DNA from: Fidelibacterota bacterium
Lineage (GTDB): Bacteria; Fidelibacterota; UBA2242
Length of the DNA stretch: 64,000 nt
Reading direction: 5' to 3'
NCBI GenBank assembly: GCA_041645495.1
Contig: JBAZPZ010000002.1
Span: forward strand, 5,469-69,468
Every line of letters starts with the position of its first letter. The first letter of the stretch is position 1. Positions 39,763 through 49,558 of this stretch are shown in pieces. The notes beneath the pieces are model-generated. The model was not told the origin of the DNA and searched no databases. It worked only from the letters and a program-made list of their open reading frames with translations. The position numbers and the translations under genes are program-made.

Positions 39763-40102
39763 TACACTGCTGAACCGGCTGAAAGACATCGTCGCTTCGG
39801 AAACGGTCGTCGGCAAACCGATTCAGGCCGGAGAAACGACCGTGATTCCCGTTACCAAGATTTCGCTGGGATTCGGCGCGGGAGCTGGTTCGTCGGACAA
39901 CAAGGAAAAAGGAAATGCAGGCGGAACGGGCGGCGGAGCGGTTATCGAACCGATTGCGATCATCACCGTCACAAAGGACGAAGTGAAAATTCATCACTTG
40001 AAAGACAAAGAATCCGGGCTGGAAAAGGTTCTTGAAGCGCTTCCGGATCTGATCGCTAAGTTCACGAAACCGAAAGAAGAGAAGAAGGGAAAAACCGAAT
40101 AA
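39743..40102 (+). CDS. GerW/YtfJ-family protein (sporulation-protein YtfJ homologue)
   Basis: Its ETVVGKPIQAGETTVIPVTKISLGFGAGAGS matches the YtfJ/GerW core (TVIGxPI...GxTIIPVSKVSFGFGAGGG). Confidence 0.7.
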   Translation: MLEGIVDTLLNRLKDIVASETVVGKPIQAGETTVIPVTKISLGFGAGAGSSDNKEKGNAGGTGGGAVIEPIAIITVTKDEVKIHHLKDKESGLEKVLEALPDLIAKFTKPKEEKKGKTE

Positions 40103-40180
40103 TCGGAAAGAGTTGGTGAAAATATTCCTTTTTTATTTTTTTATGACCGACCATTATTTACAGTGTAGGGAGGGTGCTAT

Positions 40181-40858
40181 ATGAACCATTTGTTTTTAAA
40201 AAATATTCCGATGTTTTCCGAACTCAAGGATGATATTCTCGAGAAGATTATCGAATTGATGCAAAAACGGACGTACCGGAAAAACAACGTAATCTTGATG
40301 GAAGAAGATTCCGGAGACACGTTATTTTTCATGAATAAAGGAAGTGTGAAAATAACCAGACTTAGCGACGATGGAAGAGAAGTCATTCTTTCGATCCTCG
40401 GCGAAGGCGATTTCTTTGGCGAGATGTCGATATTTGACGGCGAAAGCCGGTCGGCGAATGTGATCGCGCTCGAAGATACGGAAGTGTTCATTCTTAAACG
40501 CGGCGATTTTCTGGATTTGCTGGAAAAACATCCGAAAATCGCCATCGGTTTGCTTCAGGAACTTGCCCGTCGCCTCAGAAAGTCCGATCAGCAAATCGAA
40601 GGCCTTTCGTTGAGCGACGCCGAAAACCGGATCGCGATGAGCATTATCCGTCTTGCGGAAGACCTCGGCGTCATCAAGATGGGGCAGGTCGTTATCGAAA
40701 ACTTGCCGTATCAGCAGGACATCGCAAACATGGCCGGTACTTCCCGGGAAACGGTTTCGCGAATGCTCAACCTTCTTCAGAGAAAAGGTTTCATTCAGAA
40801 AAAAGGCCGAAAACTCATTATCACCAACTACGAGGACTTTAAGAAACAATTCAGTTAA
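40181..40858 (+). CDS. Crp/Fnr-family transcriptional regulator (cNMP-binding domain + HTH)
   Basis: cNMP-binding fold (ILGEGDFFGEMSIFDGESRSANVIA). C-terminal HTH (RETVSRMLNLLQRKG). AGGGAGGG RBS. Confidence 0.88.
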   Translation: MNHLFLKNIPMFSELKDDILEKIIELMQKRTYRKNNVILMEEDSGDTLFFMNKGSVKITRLSDDGREVILSILGEGDFFGEMSIFDGESRSANVIALEDTEVFILKRGDFLDLLEKHPKIAIGLLQELARRLRKSDQQIEGLSLSDAENRIAMSIIRLAEDLGVIKMGQVVIENLPYQQDIANMAGTSRETVSRMLNLLQRKGFIQKKGRKLIITNYEDFKKQFS

Positions 40859-41072
40859 TGGCGGTTTCCGGGTTAGTACATGGAAGTACGATTATCCCGA
40901 TTTCGTTTGAGCGATAGGAACGCTTGTCCGAACGGATTTTTGGATAAGCCATGATTTTTAACGTTACGGTATTTATATTTGTGGGCGATTTTGACAGCAA
41001 AGCGCGAGATAAAATGGATCCGGATTGCGTGGAAAACGGGACGGCCGGATCACCTAACAGACTGACAACTTA

Positions 41073-41831
41073 ATGAAACATAACAGCAAAGGTTCGTCCG
41101 AAGACTCTATCGAGATGGGGTTTTTAGACCATCTCGAAGAACTTCGCTGGCGGCTGATCAAGATTCTAATCGCTGTTGTCATTTTCACGGTTGCCGGATT
41201 TTTCCTTTCCGACTTTTTCCTCGATCTACTGATCGAACCGTCCAAAGAACTGGATATGAAAATTCAGGTTCTGAAAGTTCAGGGTTTGCTGATGCTGAAG
41301 TTCTGGATAGCGTTTGCCATTGGAATCGTCTTTTCGATCCCGGTTCTCGGTTACCAGCTCTGGGCGTTTGTCGCGCCGGGTCTTTACCAGAAAGAAAAAC
41401 GCTGGGGCCCGTGGTTAGTCGTCAGCATCACGGTGTTTTTTCTGCTGGGTGCCGCGTTTGCCTACATGGTGCTGGTTCCGTTCGCGCTGAAATTTCTCAT
41501 CGGAGTCGGTGTGCCGGACGTTCAAAAGAACATTTCTATCGAGTTTTACGCAAAGTTCGTGGCGCAGTTGATTATCGGGACAGGACTGATTTTTCAGATG
41601 CCGGTGTTGTCCTATGTCCTGACTAAAATGGGACTTGTATCGCCGCGATTTTTACGCAGGTCGTGGCGCTATGCATTTATGATCATTCTCATTTTGGCGG
41701 CGCTGATCACGCCGCCCGATCCGTTCAGCATGATGATCATGACCATTCCGTTGGTATTTCTGTACGAACTGAGCATCATCGTTTCCCGATTTGCGCTCCG
41801 TTCGTCGGAGAAAACGGAGGCGATGGCCTAA
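41073..41831 (+). CDS. tatC: Twin-arginine translocase subunit TatC
   Basis: HLEELRWRLIKILIAVVIF start, six TM helices and TatC collinearity. Confidence 0.9.
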   Translation: MKHNSKGSSEDSIEMGFLDHLEELRWRLIKILIAVVIFTVAGFFLSDFFLDLLIEPSKELDMKIQVLKVQGLLMLKFWIAFAIGIVFSIPVLGYQLWAFVAPGLYQKEKRWGPWLVVSITVFFLLGAAFAYMVLVPFALKFLIGVGVPDVQKNISIEFYAKFVAQLIIGTGLIFQMPVLSYVLTKMGLVSPRFLRRSWRYAFMIILILAALITPPDPFSMMIMTIPLVFLYELSIIVSRFALRSSEKTEAMA

Positions 41832-41852
41832 AGTCGCAAAGGAATCGAACGG

Positions 41853-42833
41853 ATGACAAAACTGACCTTAAAACCATTGCTCAAGCCGATCGAGACAGAA
41901 ATGCGTCAGTTTGCCGTCGAGTTCGAGTCGGCATTGCGGTCGGACGTCAATTTAATCGAACAAATGGCGCGTTACCTGATCGGCCAGCACAGTAAGCGGA
42001 TACGACCTGCGCTGTTACTTTTGTCGGCCAAACTTTGCGGCGAACCGAACCGGATTTCCGGCATTTCGGCGAGCATCGTTGAAATTCTGCACACAGCGAC
42101 GTTGGTGCATGACGATATTGTCGATGATTCCAGCACTCGTCGCGGAGAGCCGACCGTGAACGCCATCTGGAATAACAAAGTATCGGTGCTTTTCGGCGAT
42201 TATCTGTTCAGCAAATCGCTGAGAAACATGTTGAGTCTGCGGAATTTCGAAGCGCTCGAACTACTGAGTGAAACTTCGGAACTGCTCAGTTCGGGTGAGA
42301 TTTACCAAATCGAAAAAAGCCTGACGAACGGTATGGACGAGGCTTCTTATTATCGCATGATCTGGGCGAAAACCGCCTGCCTGTTTGCCACATCCTGTAA
42401 GATCGGCGCCATTTCGGTGAACGCGACAGACGAACAGGCGGCGCATCTTTTCGAGTACGGTAAAAACCTCGGCATGGCATTTCAGATCAAAGATGATCTC
42501 TTCGACTTTTCGGGCGAGGAGCGGCGGATCGGAAAACCGGTGGACAGAGACATCAAAGCCAATTTGATCACGCTTCCTCTGATCTACACGCTAAAAAACC
42601 TGCCGGAACCGGAAAGAACGGTACTCCGGAAAAATCTGCGAGAGAATCCTTCCGGGGACGAAATCCGGAATGTCCGGGCAATCGTCCGGCAAAACGGCGG
42701 TCTGAAATTCACTCAGGAGAAAATGCACGAATATTCCGCTTCCGCCCGGGCGGCGCTGGATATTTTCCCCGAATCCGACGTAAAAGGATCGCTTATCGGA
42801 ATGGTCGAGTTTAACGAACGAAGGAAGAATTGA
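41853..42833 (+). CDS. trans-Polyprenyl diphosphate synthase (IspB/HepT-like long-chain)
   Basis: First DDxxD motif in LVHDDIVDDSSTRRG. Second in KDDLFDF. Confidence 0.88.
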   Translation: MTKLTLKPLLKPIETEMRQFAVEFESALRSDVNLIEQMARYLIGQHSKRIRPALLLLSAKLCGEPNRISGISASIVEILHTATLVHDDIVDDSSTRRGEPTVNAIWNNKVSVLFGDYLFSKSLRNMLSLRNFEALELLSETSELLSSGEIYQIEKSLTNGMDEASYYRMIWAKTACLFATSCKIGAISVNATDEQAAHLFEYGKNLGMAFQIKDDLFDFSGEERRIGKPVDRDIKANLITLPLIYTLKNLPEPERTVLRKNLRENPSGDEIRNVRAIVRQNGGLKFTQEKMHEYSASARAALDIFPESDVKGSLIGMVEFNERRKN

Positions 42834-43870
42834 AGTTACGGGACGACCCAAAGAAAATCCTAATCATTCGCCTTTCATCTTTGGGCGACATCGTCGTATT
42901 GACATCGATTTTCAGACGTCTCCGGGAACGTTTTCCATCTGCGCAGATCGATTTTGTCGTGAAAAAAGAGTTCAAGAGTCTTGCGGTCGGCAACTCCTTT
43001 CTCAGCAACGTGATCGCTTATCAGGCGCAGGCCAGTCTGAAAGGCTGGTTGATACTCTGCCGGTATTTTCGGGAGCAAAAATATGATCTGTTCATCGATA
43101 TGCACAACAATCTGCGCTCGAAAATTCTGGGCTTTTACCTGCGAAAAACGTTGCGACTTCGGTTTCATAAACCGCGGCTTCGCCGATTTCTTCTTTTTTA
43201 TTGCTGGATCAATCTGTTTCCGCGCTCGTTCCGACTGATGGACGAGTATTTCAAGACATTGGCGCCGCTGAAAATCAAACCCGACGACGCAAGACCGGAA
43301 ATCTTACTGCCACAAACAGTCCGGAAACAGGCATGGGATATTTTGAGCCGAAACGCCATCTGCAAACCGTTCGTTGTCATCCTGCCGATTGCGGCTTGGA
43401 AAAACAAACGGTATCCATTGCCGAAAATGGAAGAGGTCGCCCGGCGGATCAACGAAGAATTGCAGATGTCCGTCGTTTATCTCGGTTCGGAAAACGATAC
43501 GTATCTGGACGAACTCCAGAACCTGCCGGCCGGGAAAATCGTGCGGATCACCGGGCAGTCCAACCTCGAGGAATCCATCGCGATTCTTCAGGAAAGCGCC
43601 TTGGTCATCGGAAACGATACCGGCCTGACTTATGCGGCGGAGGCGGTCGGCGTGCCGGTGGTGTTGATTTTAGGACCGACTTCGCACGAAACGGGCGCCG
43701 GACACTACGACTCGAAGAGCATTTCGATTCAAAAGCAGTTGTTTTGCAGGCCTTGTTCTCAAAAAGGCGACCGGATATGCTACCGAAAACATCGGTATTG
43801 CATGGAAACCATAACGAGCGATGAAATTCTGTCCGCCGCCCGGCAAATTCTTACAGGAGAAAAAAAGTGA
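42830..43870 (+). CDS. Glycosyltransferase family 9 (LPS heptosyltransferase-like)
   Basis: ILIIRLSSLGDIVVLTSIF start and GT9 C-terminal motifs (LESIAILQESALVIGNDTGLTYAAEAVGVPVV). Confidence 0.85.
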   Translation: MKLRDDPKKILIIRLSSLGDIVVLTSIFRRLRERFPSAQIDFVVKKEFKSLAVGNSFLSNVIAYQAQASLKGWLILCRYFREQKYDLFIDMHNNLRSKILGFYLRKTLRLRFHKPRLRRFLLFYCWINLFPRSFRLMDEYFKTLAPLKIKPDDARPEILLPQTVRKQAWDILSRNAICKPFVVILPIAAWKNKRYPLPKMEEVARRINEELQMSVVYLGSENDTYLDELQNLPAGKIVRITGQSNLEESIAILQESALVIGNDTGLTYAAEAVGVPVVLILGPTSHETGAGHYDSKSISIQKQLFCRPCSQKGDRICYRKHRYCMETITSDEILSAARQILTGEKK

Positions 43871-45147
43871 CCATTTTTTGGATCATTATATACAATGTCT
43901 TTTTCGTTCCGTTCGCATTTTTCTTCGTCTATATATCGGGACTTTTCAACGCCAAAATGCGGATCGGCGTTTGGGGCAGAAAGCAGACTCTGATCGAAAT
44001 GGCGCGATTCCGGGATAAATTTCCCCGAAAGGAATTGTACTTGATCCACTCGGCGTCGCTCGGCGAGTTCGAGCAGGCTAAACCGGTGATCCGCGGATTG
44101 AAAGCGCTTCGTCCCGACATTCTGATCGTCGCGAGTTTCACGTCCCCCAGCGGATATACCAACGCCGTTCGGATGAAGGAAGTCGATTTGTTCATGTATC
44201 TTCCATTCGACACGTTTTTCCGCACGCGGGGATTCATTCAGAGACTGAAGCCGAAGAAGATCATCTTTGTCACCTATGAACTCTGGCCGAATCTGATCCT
44301 GAACGCCCAGCGCCATCACGTCAAAACCTATCTCATTTCCGCCAGAATCCGGGACAACAGTCTGAAATGGAAACCTATTGCGCGCACGTTTTTCAGCGAT
44401 CTATACCGCTCGCTGGATTACATTTATGCGATTTCGGACATTCACAAAGAGTCGGTTCTCAAACTCATCGGAACGGTTCCTATCAAGGTGCTGACGCTCG
44501 GCGATACGCGATACGATCAAGTGATCCATCGCGCCCATGAAAAAGTCGCCGCAGTTGTGAGCCGGCTTTTCGAGGACGGATTCGTTTTTATCATCGGGAG
44601 CATCTGGCCGCAGGACGCCAAACAACTGATGCCGGCCGTTTACCAATGTATAAAAGAATTCGATACCCTTCGGGTCATTGTTGCGCCACACGAACCGAAC
44701 GAATACGCGCTGGAAACGCTGGAAGAGGGTTTTTCGGAAAATGGAATTTTGACGCGCCGGCTCTCGGTTTTGGCGGAAAAATGCTCGGAAATCCGTGCGA
44801 TTCTCGTCGATAAAGTTGGAATCCTGGCGGAACTTTATCATCAGTCGGATTTGGCGTTTGTCGGCGGAAGTTTCCGCGGTTCGATCCATAACGTCATGGA
44901 ACCGGCCGTCGCCGGAATTCCGGTGCTATTCGGGCCGACGTATCACAATTCCAGCGAAGCGGAATTACTTATCCGGGAAGGCGGCGGATTCTGTTGCGAG
45001 AACAGCGAATGTCTCTACCGTGAAATCCGGCGAATGCTGACCGACGCGGAAGCATATCGCCGGGCCGCGGATTCCGCGAGACAGGTAATTTTGAAGAATC
45101 TCGGCGCAGGCGCACGAACGGTTCGGGAGATACTGGAGTCCGATTGA
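43867..45147 (+). CDS. waaA: 3-Deoxy-D-manno-octulosonic acid (Kdo) transferase
   Basis: N-terminal TM. HSASLGEFEQAKPVI signature. GT30 collinearity. Confidence 0.88.
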   Translation: MTIFWIIIYNVFFVPFAFFFVYISGLFNAKMRIGVWGRKQTLIEMARFRDKFPRKELYLIHSASLGEFEQAKPVIRGLKALRPDILIVASFTSPSGYTNAVRMKEVDLFMYLPFDTFFRTRGFIQRLKPKKIIFVTYELWPNLILNAQRHHVKTYLISARIRDNSLKWKPIARTFFSDLYRSLDYIYAISDIHKESVLKLIGTVPIKVLTLGDTRYDQVIHRAHEKVAAVVSRLFEDGFVFIIGSIWPQDAKQLMPAVYQCIKEFDTLRVIVAPHEPNEYALETLEEGFSENGILTRRLSVLAEKCSEIRAILVDKVGILAELYHQSDLAFVGGSFRGSIHNVMEPAVAGIPVLFGPTYHNSSEAELLIREGGGFCCENSECLYREIRRMLTDAEAYRRAADSARQVILKNLGAGARTVREILESD

Positions 45148-45794
45148 GCATTCGATTTGTTGACGTCTCGTTTTCCTATGCGAAAAAGCCCGTCTTTTCC
45201 TGTCTGAATCTGGAAATTCCCGAGAAAGAATGGATCGCCATAACCGGTAATTGCGGGACGGGAAAAAGCACGCTGGCCAAGTTGATCGCGGGTATTCTGA
45301 GGCCGGATTCCGGGCGCATCGAATTTCCACAGGCGCCGACCGGTGAAGTTCCGAATTTCGGATACCTTTTTCAAAATCCCGAAGATCAGTTCGTTCATTT
45401 TTTCATCGAGCGGGAAATTGCTTTTAATCTCGAAAATTGGAATCATCCGATCGAACTGATGACACAGAAAGTGCTGGAAAATCTGGAAAAAATCGGACTT
45501 TTGGATCGCCGGAAAGATTCGCCCAATCGATTGTCCGGTGGCGAAAAACAGCGATTGGCGCTGACAGGAACGATGATTTCCGAGCCGAATTATCTCATTT
45601 TGGACGAACCGTCGTCTTATTTGGACATCATTGCACAAAACGAATTGATCCGGCAGGTTGAGACGCACCATGCGAACGGCGTCGGCATTTTCTGGATCAC
45701 GCAGAACGAACAAGAAAAGGCGCTCTCCGAATTCTGCATCGAGGTCGCGGACGGAAATGCAATCGGCTATCCGACGAAAGGTTCATGTTTATGA
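45144..45794 (+). CDS. ABC transporter ATP-binding protein (short, 216 aa)
   Basis: Walker A GNCGTGKST, signature LSGGEKQRLAL, Walker B ILDEPSSYLD. Confidence 0.85.
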   Translation: MSIRFVDVSFSYAKKPVFSCLNLEIPEKEWIAITGNCGTGKSTLAKLIAGILRPDSGRIEFPQAPTGEVPNFGYLFQNPEDQFVHFFIEREIAFNLENWNHPIELMTQKVLENLEKIGLLDRRKDSPNRLSGGEKQRLALTGTMISEPNYLILDEPSSYLDIIAQNELIRQVETHHANGVGIFWITQNEQEKALSEFCIEVADGNAIGYPTKGSCL

Positions 45795-46543
45795 GCGAAA
45801 GTATCCGGATCGTTGCCAAAGACCTCGTTTGCCGATATGAGAATAACGAGTCATTTCGTCTGGAAATTCCCGATTTTACCCAGACGATCGATTCTCCCGT
45901 TGGAATTTACGGTTTGATCGGATCCGGGAAAAGTAGCCTCGGCCAGATGATCGCCGATCTGATTCAGCCGACGAGCGGAGAAGTCAGGGCATCTTGGGAA
46001 CCGACAACGGAAAAGTCGGAGGCTCTGAAAGTCGTTTACCTGCCGCAATTTCCGGAAAAAATATTCCTGGGTTCGCGCGTCGGAGAAACGGTGGAACTCA
46101 TCGCGCAAATGAATCCGTCCATTCCGGATTTTGTATCGGATATTCGGAAATTATTAAGCCGATTTTCAGTCGATTATGCGGCCATCTCGGAGCGAAACGG
46201 ATATGAACTGAGCGGCGGCGAACTGCGCCGATTTGCTTTATCGTTGGGAATCGCGCGTCAACCCGATTTACTTATTCTGGACGAGCCGACCATCGGTCTG
46301 GGAAAGATCGGCAGAGCGCAGTTGACCGAGATCGCCGGCGAATTTTCGAAAAATCACGCACTGATCGTCATTTCACACGATTTCGATCTGCTGGCCGCGC
46401 TTTCGGACCAATTCTGGATCATGGAACAGGGGAGAATTGTATTTCACGGAAATATTTCGGAACTTGCGGCGGATTATTTCCAACGAGAAACAGTCGGATT
46501 AAAGTTCTTTAAGGCATTTGCAATAGTGTCAAACTCGAGATAA
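45785..46543 (+). CDS. ABC transporter ATP-binding protein, second paralogue with a degenerate signature
   Basis: Walker A GLIGSGKSS. LSGGELRRFALS. Walker B ILDEPTIGL. Confidence 0.8.
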   Translation: MFMSESIRIVAKDLVCRYENNESFRLEIPDFTQTIDSPVGIYGLIGSGKSSLGQMIADLIQPTSGEVRASWEPTTEKSEALKVVYLPQFPEKIFLGSRVGETVELIAQMNPSIPDFVSDIRKLLSRFSVDYAAISERNGYELSGGELRRFALSLGIARQPDLLILDEPTIGLGKIGRAQLTEIAGEFSKNHALIVISHDFDLLAALSDQFWIMEQGRIVFHGNISELAADYFQRETVGLKFFKAFAIVSNSR

Positions 46544-46545
46544 AG

Positions 46546-47151
46546 ATGGCAAAAAGAGTATCGGTCAAAACAAAAGTCGCTCAAAAGTACGGAGAAATCA
46601 GTCCGAACCGATTAGTGACGGCGTCGAACCTGATTTCCATCACCCGCGCCCTGCTGACGTTGCCGATCATTTACTTTCTGCAAAAAGGAAACGGGACGAT
46701 CGCGCTGATTTTCATTTTAACGGCGATCTTCTCCGATATGCTCGACGGCTGGCTGGCGCGGATCAGCAACGAGATTACGGACATCGGCAAGATCATCGAT
46801 CCGGTCGCGGATAAGATCGTCATTTTCAGCGTCATTTTATACCTGATCTTAAAAGATATGATGCCTGCGTACTATTTCCTGTTCATGATTTTCCGTGATT
46901 TCACCATCTCCGGTCTCGGACTTTATATGTTGAACAATTGCAACGTATCCCCGCAATCCAACAAAATGGGAAAAGTCGCCATCCTTTTCACGGCGCTTTC
47001 TGTTTTAGCGTTCATTTATCCCGATTTTTCGGGAAGCTGGACGTTCCCGTTGATGACCGTCGCGCTGGTTTTTATGTCGATTTCGTGGATTCAGTACTGC
47101 GCCTCTTTTATCAGGGTGATTCAGGCGCATCGGCGCAAGAAATCGGTCTGA
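46546..47151 (+). CDS. CDP-alcohol phosphatidyltransferase family protein (PgsA-like)
   Basis: The motif DMLDGWLARISNEITDIGKIIDPVADK matches D-G-x2-A-R-x8-G-x3-D-x3-D. Multi-TM. Confidence 0.85.
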   Translation: MAKRVSVKTKVAQKYGEISPNRLVTASNLISITRALLTLPIIYFLQKGNGTIALIFILTAIFSDMLDGWLARISNEITDIGKIIDPVADKIVIFSVILYLILKDMMPAYYFLFMIFRDFTISGLGLYMLNNCNVSPQSNKMGKVAILFTALSVLAFIYPDFSGSWTFPLMTVALVFMSISWIQYCASFIRVIQAHRRKKSV

Positions 47152-47166
47152 AACGGATTTTCCCGA

Positions 47167-48138
47167 ATGATTCAGAAATTTTTCAACAAAATTGCCGGTA
47201 GCAACGATCAATCCAAAGAATCGACGCCGAAAAACCGTCTGGTTGACAGCCTGGCGAAAACGGGGCGCGGGATTGCTCAGCGCCTGCCGCTGTTGGGTAA
47301 ATTTTTTAGGATCGATGATGACACGCTAAGCCGGATCGAGGAGACGCTTCTCTCCGCTGACATCGGCGTCGCTCTCACCGAAGAACTCATCGAACATCTC
47401 AAAACGATCGACAAAAAAGAATCCGCGAACCTGAAAGATATTCTAAAAGAACAACTCCTGACGCTGATCCGTCAGAACCAACCGGTCGCCATTCCTCCGA
47501 CTAAACCGTACGTCATTCTCATCGTCGGCGTGAATGGAACCGGAAAGACGACGACGATCGGAAAATTGGCGGCGATGTATCGCAGAGAAAATAAAAAAAC
47601 GCTGATCGCCGCGGCTGACACGTTTCGTGCGGCGGCTTACGAACAGCTCGAAATCTGGGCGAAACGCTCGGGCGCGGAATTCATGGGAAATCCGCAGGGA
47701 AAGGATCCGTCGGCCATCGTTTTCGACGCCGCGAAATCAGCCATCGCTCACAATGCAGACGTTTTGTTGATCGATACCGCCGGACGCCTGCACACGAAAT
47801 CTAATTTGATGGATGAACTCGCCAAAGTCAAACGAACCATCGGAAAAATTATTCCGACCGCGCCGCACGACATCTGGCTGGTTCTCGACGCCGGAACAGG
47901 TCAAAATGGAATCGTTCAGGTTCAGGAATTTGCTAAAGCCGTCGGCGTGACGGGATTGATTTTAACCAAACTTGACGGCACGGCGAAAGGCGGCGTCGCG
48001 CTGGCTATTCATCATCAAACCAATCTTCCGATTCGGTACATTGGCATCGGCGAAAAGATCGACGACCTCGTCGAATTCAACGCGGAAGAATTCGTATCCG
48101 CGCTTCTCGACGCCGGTTCGTCAATCAACGAGGAATGA
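47167..48138 (+). CDS. ftsY: Signal recognition particle receptor FtsY
   Basis: NG domain: GVNGTGKTTTIGKLA, DTAGRL and TKLDGTAKGG. Confidence 0.93.
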   Translation: MIQKFFNKIAGSNDQSKESTPKNRLVDSLAKTGRGIAQRLPLLGKFFRIDDDTLSRIEETLLSADIGVALTEELIEHLKTIDKKESANLKDILKEQLLTLIRQNQPVAIPPTKPYVILIVGVNGTGKTTTIGKLAAMYRRENKKTLIAAADTFRAAAYEQLEIWAKRSGAEFMGNPQGKDPSAIVFDAAKSAIAHNADVLLIDTAGRLHTKSNLMDELAKVKRTIGKIIPTAPHDIWLVLDAGTGQNGIVQVQEFAKAVGVTGLILTKLDGTAKGGVALAIHHQTNLPIRYIGIGEKIDDLVEFNAEEFVSALLDAGSSINEE

Positions 48139-49457
48139 CTGAAATTATGCAACGAACGACTTTTTCGATTATTTCGCTTGGCTGTCCGAAAAACACCGTC
48201 GATTCGGAGATGCTAAGCGGCAAATTGCAAAGTCTGGGTTGCGTTTATCGGGCAAATCCGGAAGAGGCGGAAATCGTCATCGTTAACACGTGCGGATTCA
48301 TTGAACAATCGAGAGCCGAGTCGATCGAAACGATTTTCGAGACGCTGAAGTTGAAGGAAACCGGATCGGTTCGCAAGGTTTTTGTCATGGGCTGTCTGAC
48401 CCAGCGGTACGGCGATTTGCTTCGGAAGGAAATCCCGGAAGCGGACCGCATTGACGGCGTTCATTCGATCGATGCGATCGTCGAAGCGATTGCCCGGAAA
48501 AAATCGTCCTGTGCCGATGAAGAGAGCCGGGCGTTGCTGACGCCTTCTCATCTGGCGTATTTAAAAATCGCCGAAGGTTGTGATAATTCTTGCGCGTTTT
48601 GTTCCATCCCGCTGATCCGCGGAAAACAGCAAAGTCGCGACGTAAAAAGTCTCATCAAAGAAGCGGAATATCTGCATCGGAAAGGCGTGAAGGAACTCAT
48701 TTTAATCGCGCAGGATTTGACCCGCTACGGCTCGGATTTGCCGGGTAAAGTCCGGTTGATCGTTCTGCTGGAAGAACTTTTGCAAACGGACTTATTCCCA
48801 TGGGTGCGGTTGATGTACAATCATCCCGATTTCTGGCTCCCTGAACTCAACCGGCTTTTTGAAAAATATTCCGCTCTGGTTCCATACATCGACATTCCGA
48901 TTCAGCATGCTTCCGACCGAATCCTGAAATTGATGAATCGCGGAAAGAATCGGGAAGAGATTCGCCACGTTTTAAAAACGATCCGAAATGAGGCGCCGCG
49001 CGTTGTGCTGAGAACCTCGGTCATGGTCGGTTTTCCTTCCGAGACGGAAGCGGATTTCAACGAATTACTGGACTTTATCGAAGAGATACGGTTCGAGCGG
49101 TTGGGTGTTTTTACTTATTCGCAGGAAGAAGGAACGTCGGCCGCGAATTTGCGCGACGACGTGCCGCACGAAGAAAAAGAACGCCGGAAAGAGATCGTCA
49201 TGCGACTGCAGTGGGATATTTCGCACGAATTTGCCCTGAATCAGGTCGGCAAGACGCTGGACGTGCTGATCGAAGAAAAAAAACCGGAAGGCTACGTGGG
49301 ACGGAGTGTCTGGGACGCGCCGGAAATCGACTGTTCGGTTTTGGTGAATTCCGAAAATGTCCTGCAGATCGGCGAGATTGCAACCGTCGCGATCGACGAA
49401 GTGCAGGAATTGGATTTGATCGGGCATGTTGTCGGAAAAATCCAAGATCGGACTTGA
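48135..49457 (+). CDS. rimO: Ribosomal protein S12 methylthiotransferase RimO
   Basis: MTTase N-domain (ISLGCPKN), radical-SAM CDNSCAFCSIP, TRAM domain. The ~440-aa length is typical of RimO. Confidence 0.88.
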   Translation: MTEIMQRTTFSIISLGCPKNTVDSEMLSGKLQSLGCVYRANPEEAEIVIVNTCGFIEQSRAESIETIFETLKLKETGSVRKVFVMGCLTQRYGDLLRKEIPEADRIDGVHSIDAIVEAIARKKSSCADEESRALLTPSHLAYLKIAEGCDNSCAFCSIPLIRGKQQSRDVKSLIKEAEYLHRKGVKELILIAQDLTRYGSDLPGKVRLIVLLEELLQTDLFPWVRLMYNHPDFWLPELNRLFEKYSALVPYIDIPIQHASDRILKLMNRGKNREEIRHVLKTIRNEAPRVVLRTSVMVGFPSETEADFNELLDFIEEIRFERLGVFTYSQEEGTSAANLRDDVPHEEKERRKEIVMRLQWDISHEFALNQVGKTLDVLIEEKKPEGYVGRSVWDAPEIDCSVLVNSENVLQIGEIATVAIDEVQELDLIGHVVGKIQDRT

Positions 49458-49558
49458 TTTTGCTGGGATGCTTCTCTAAGTTTCCTGCGGAAATTGATTT
49501 TTACCCGGAGTTCTGATTAGTTGGCTGTAACTGCAATTTTTGAATAGAAGGGAAAAGA

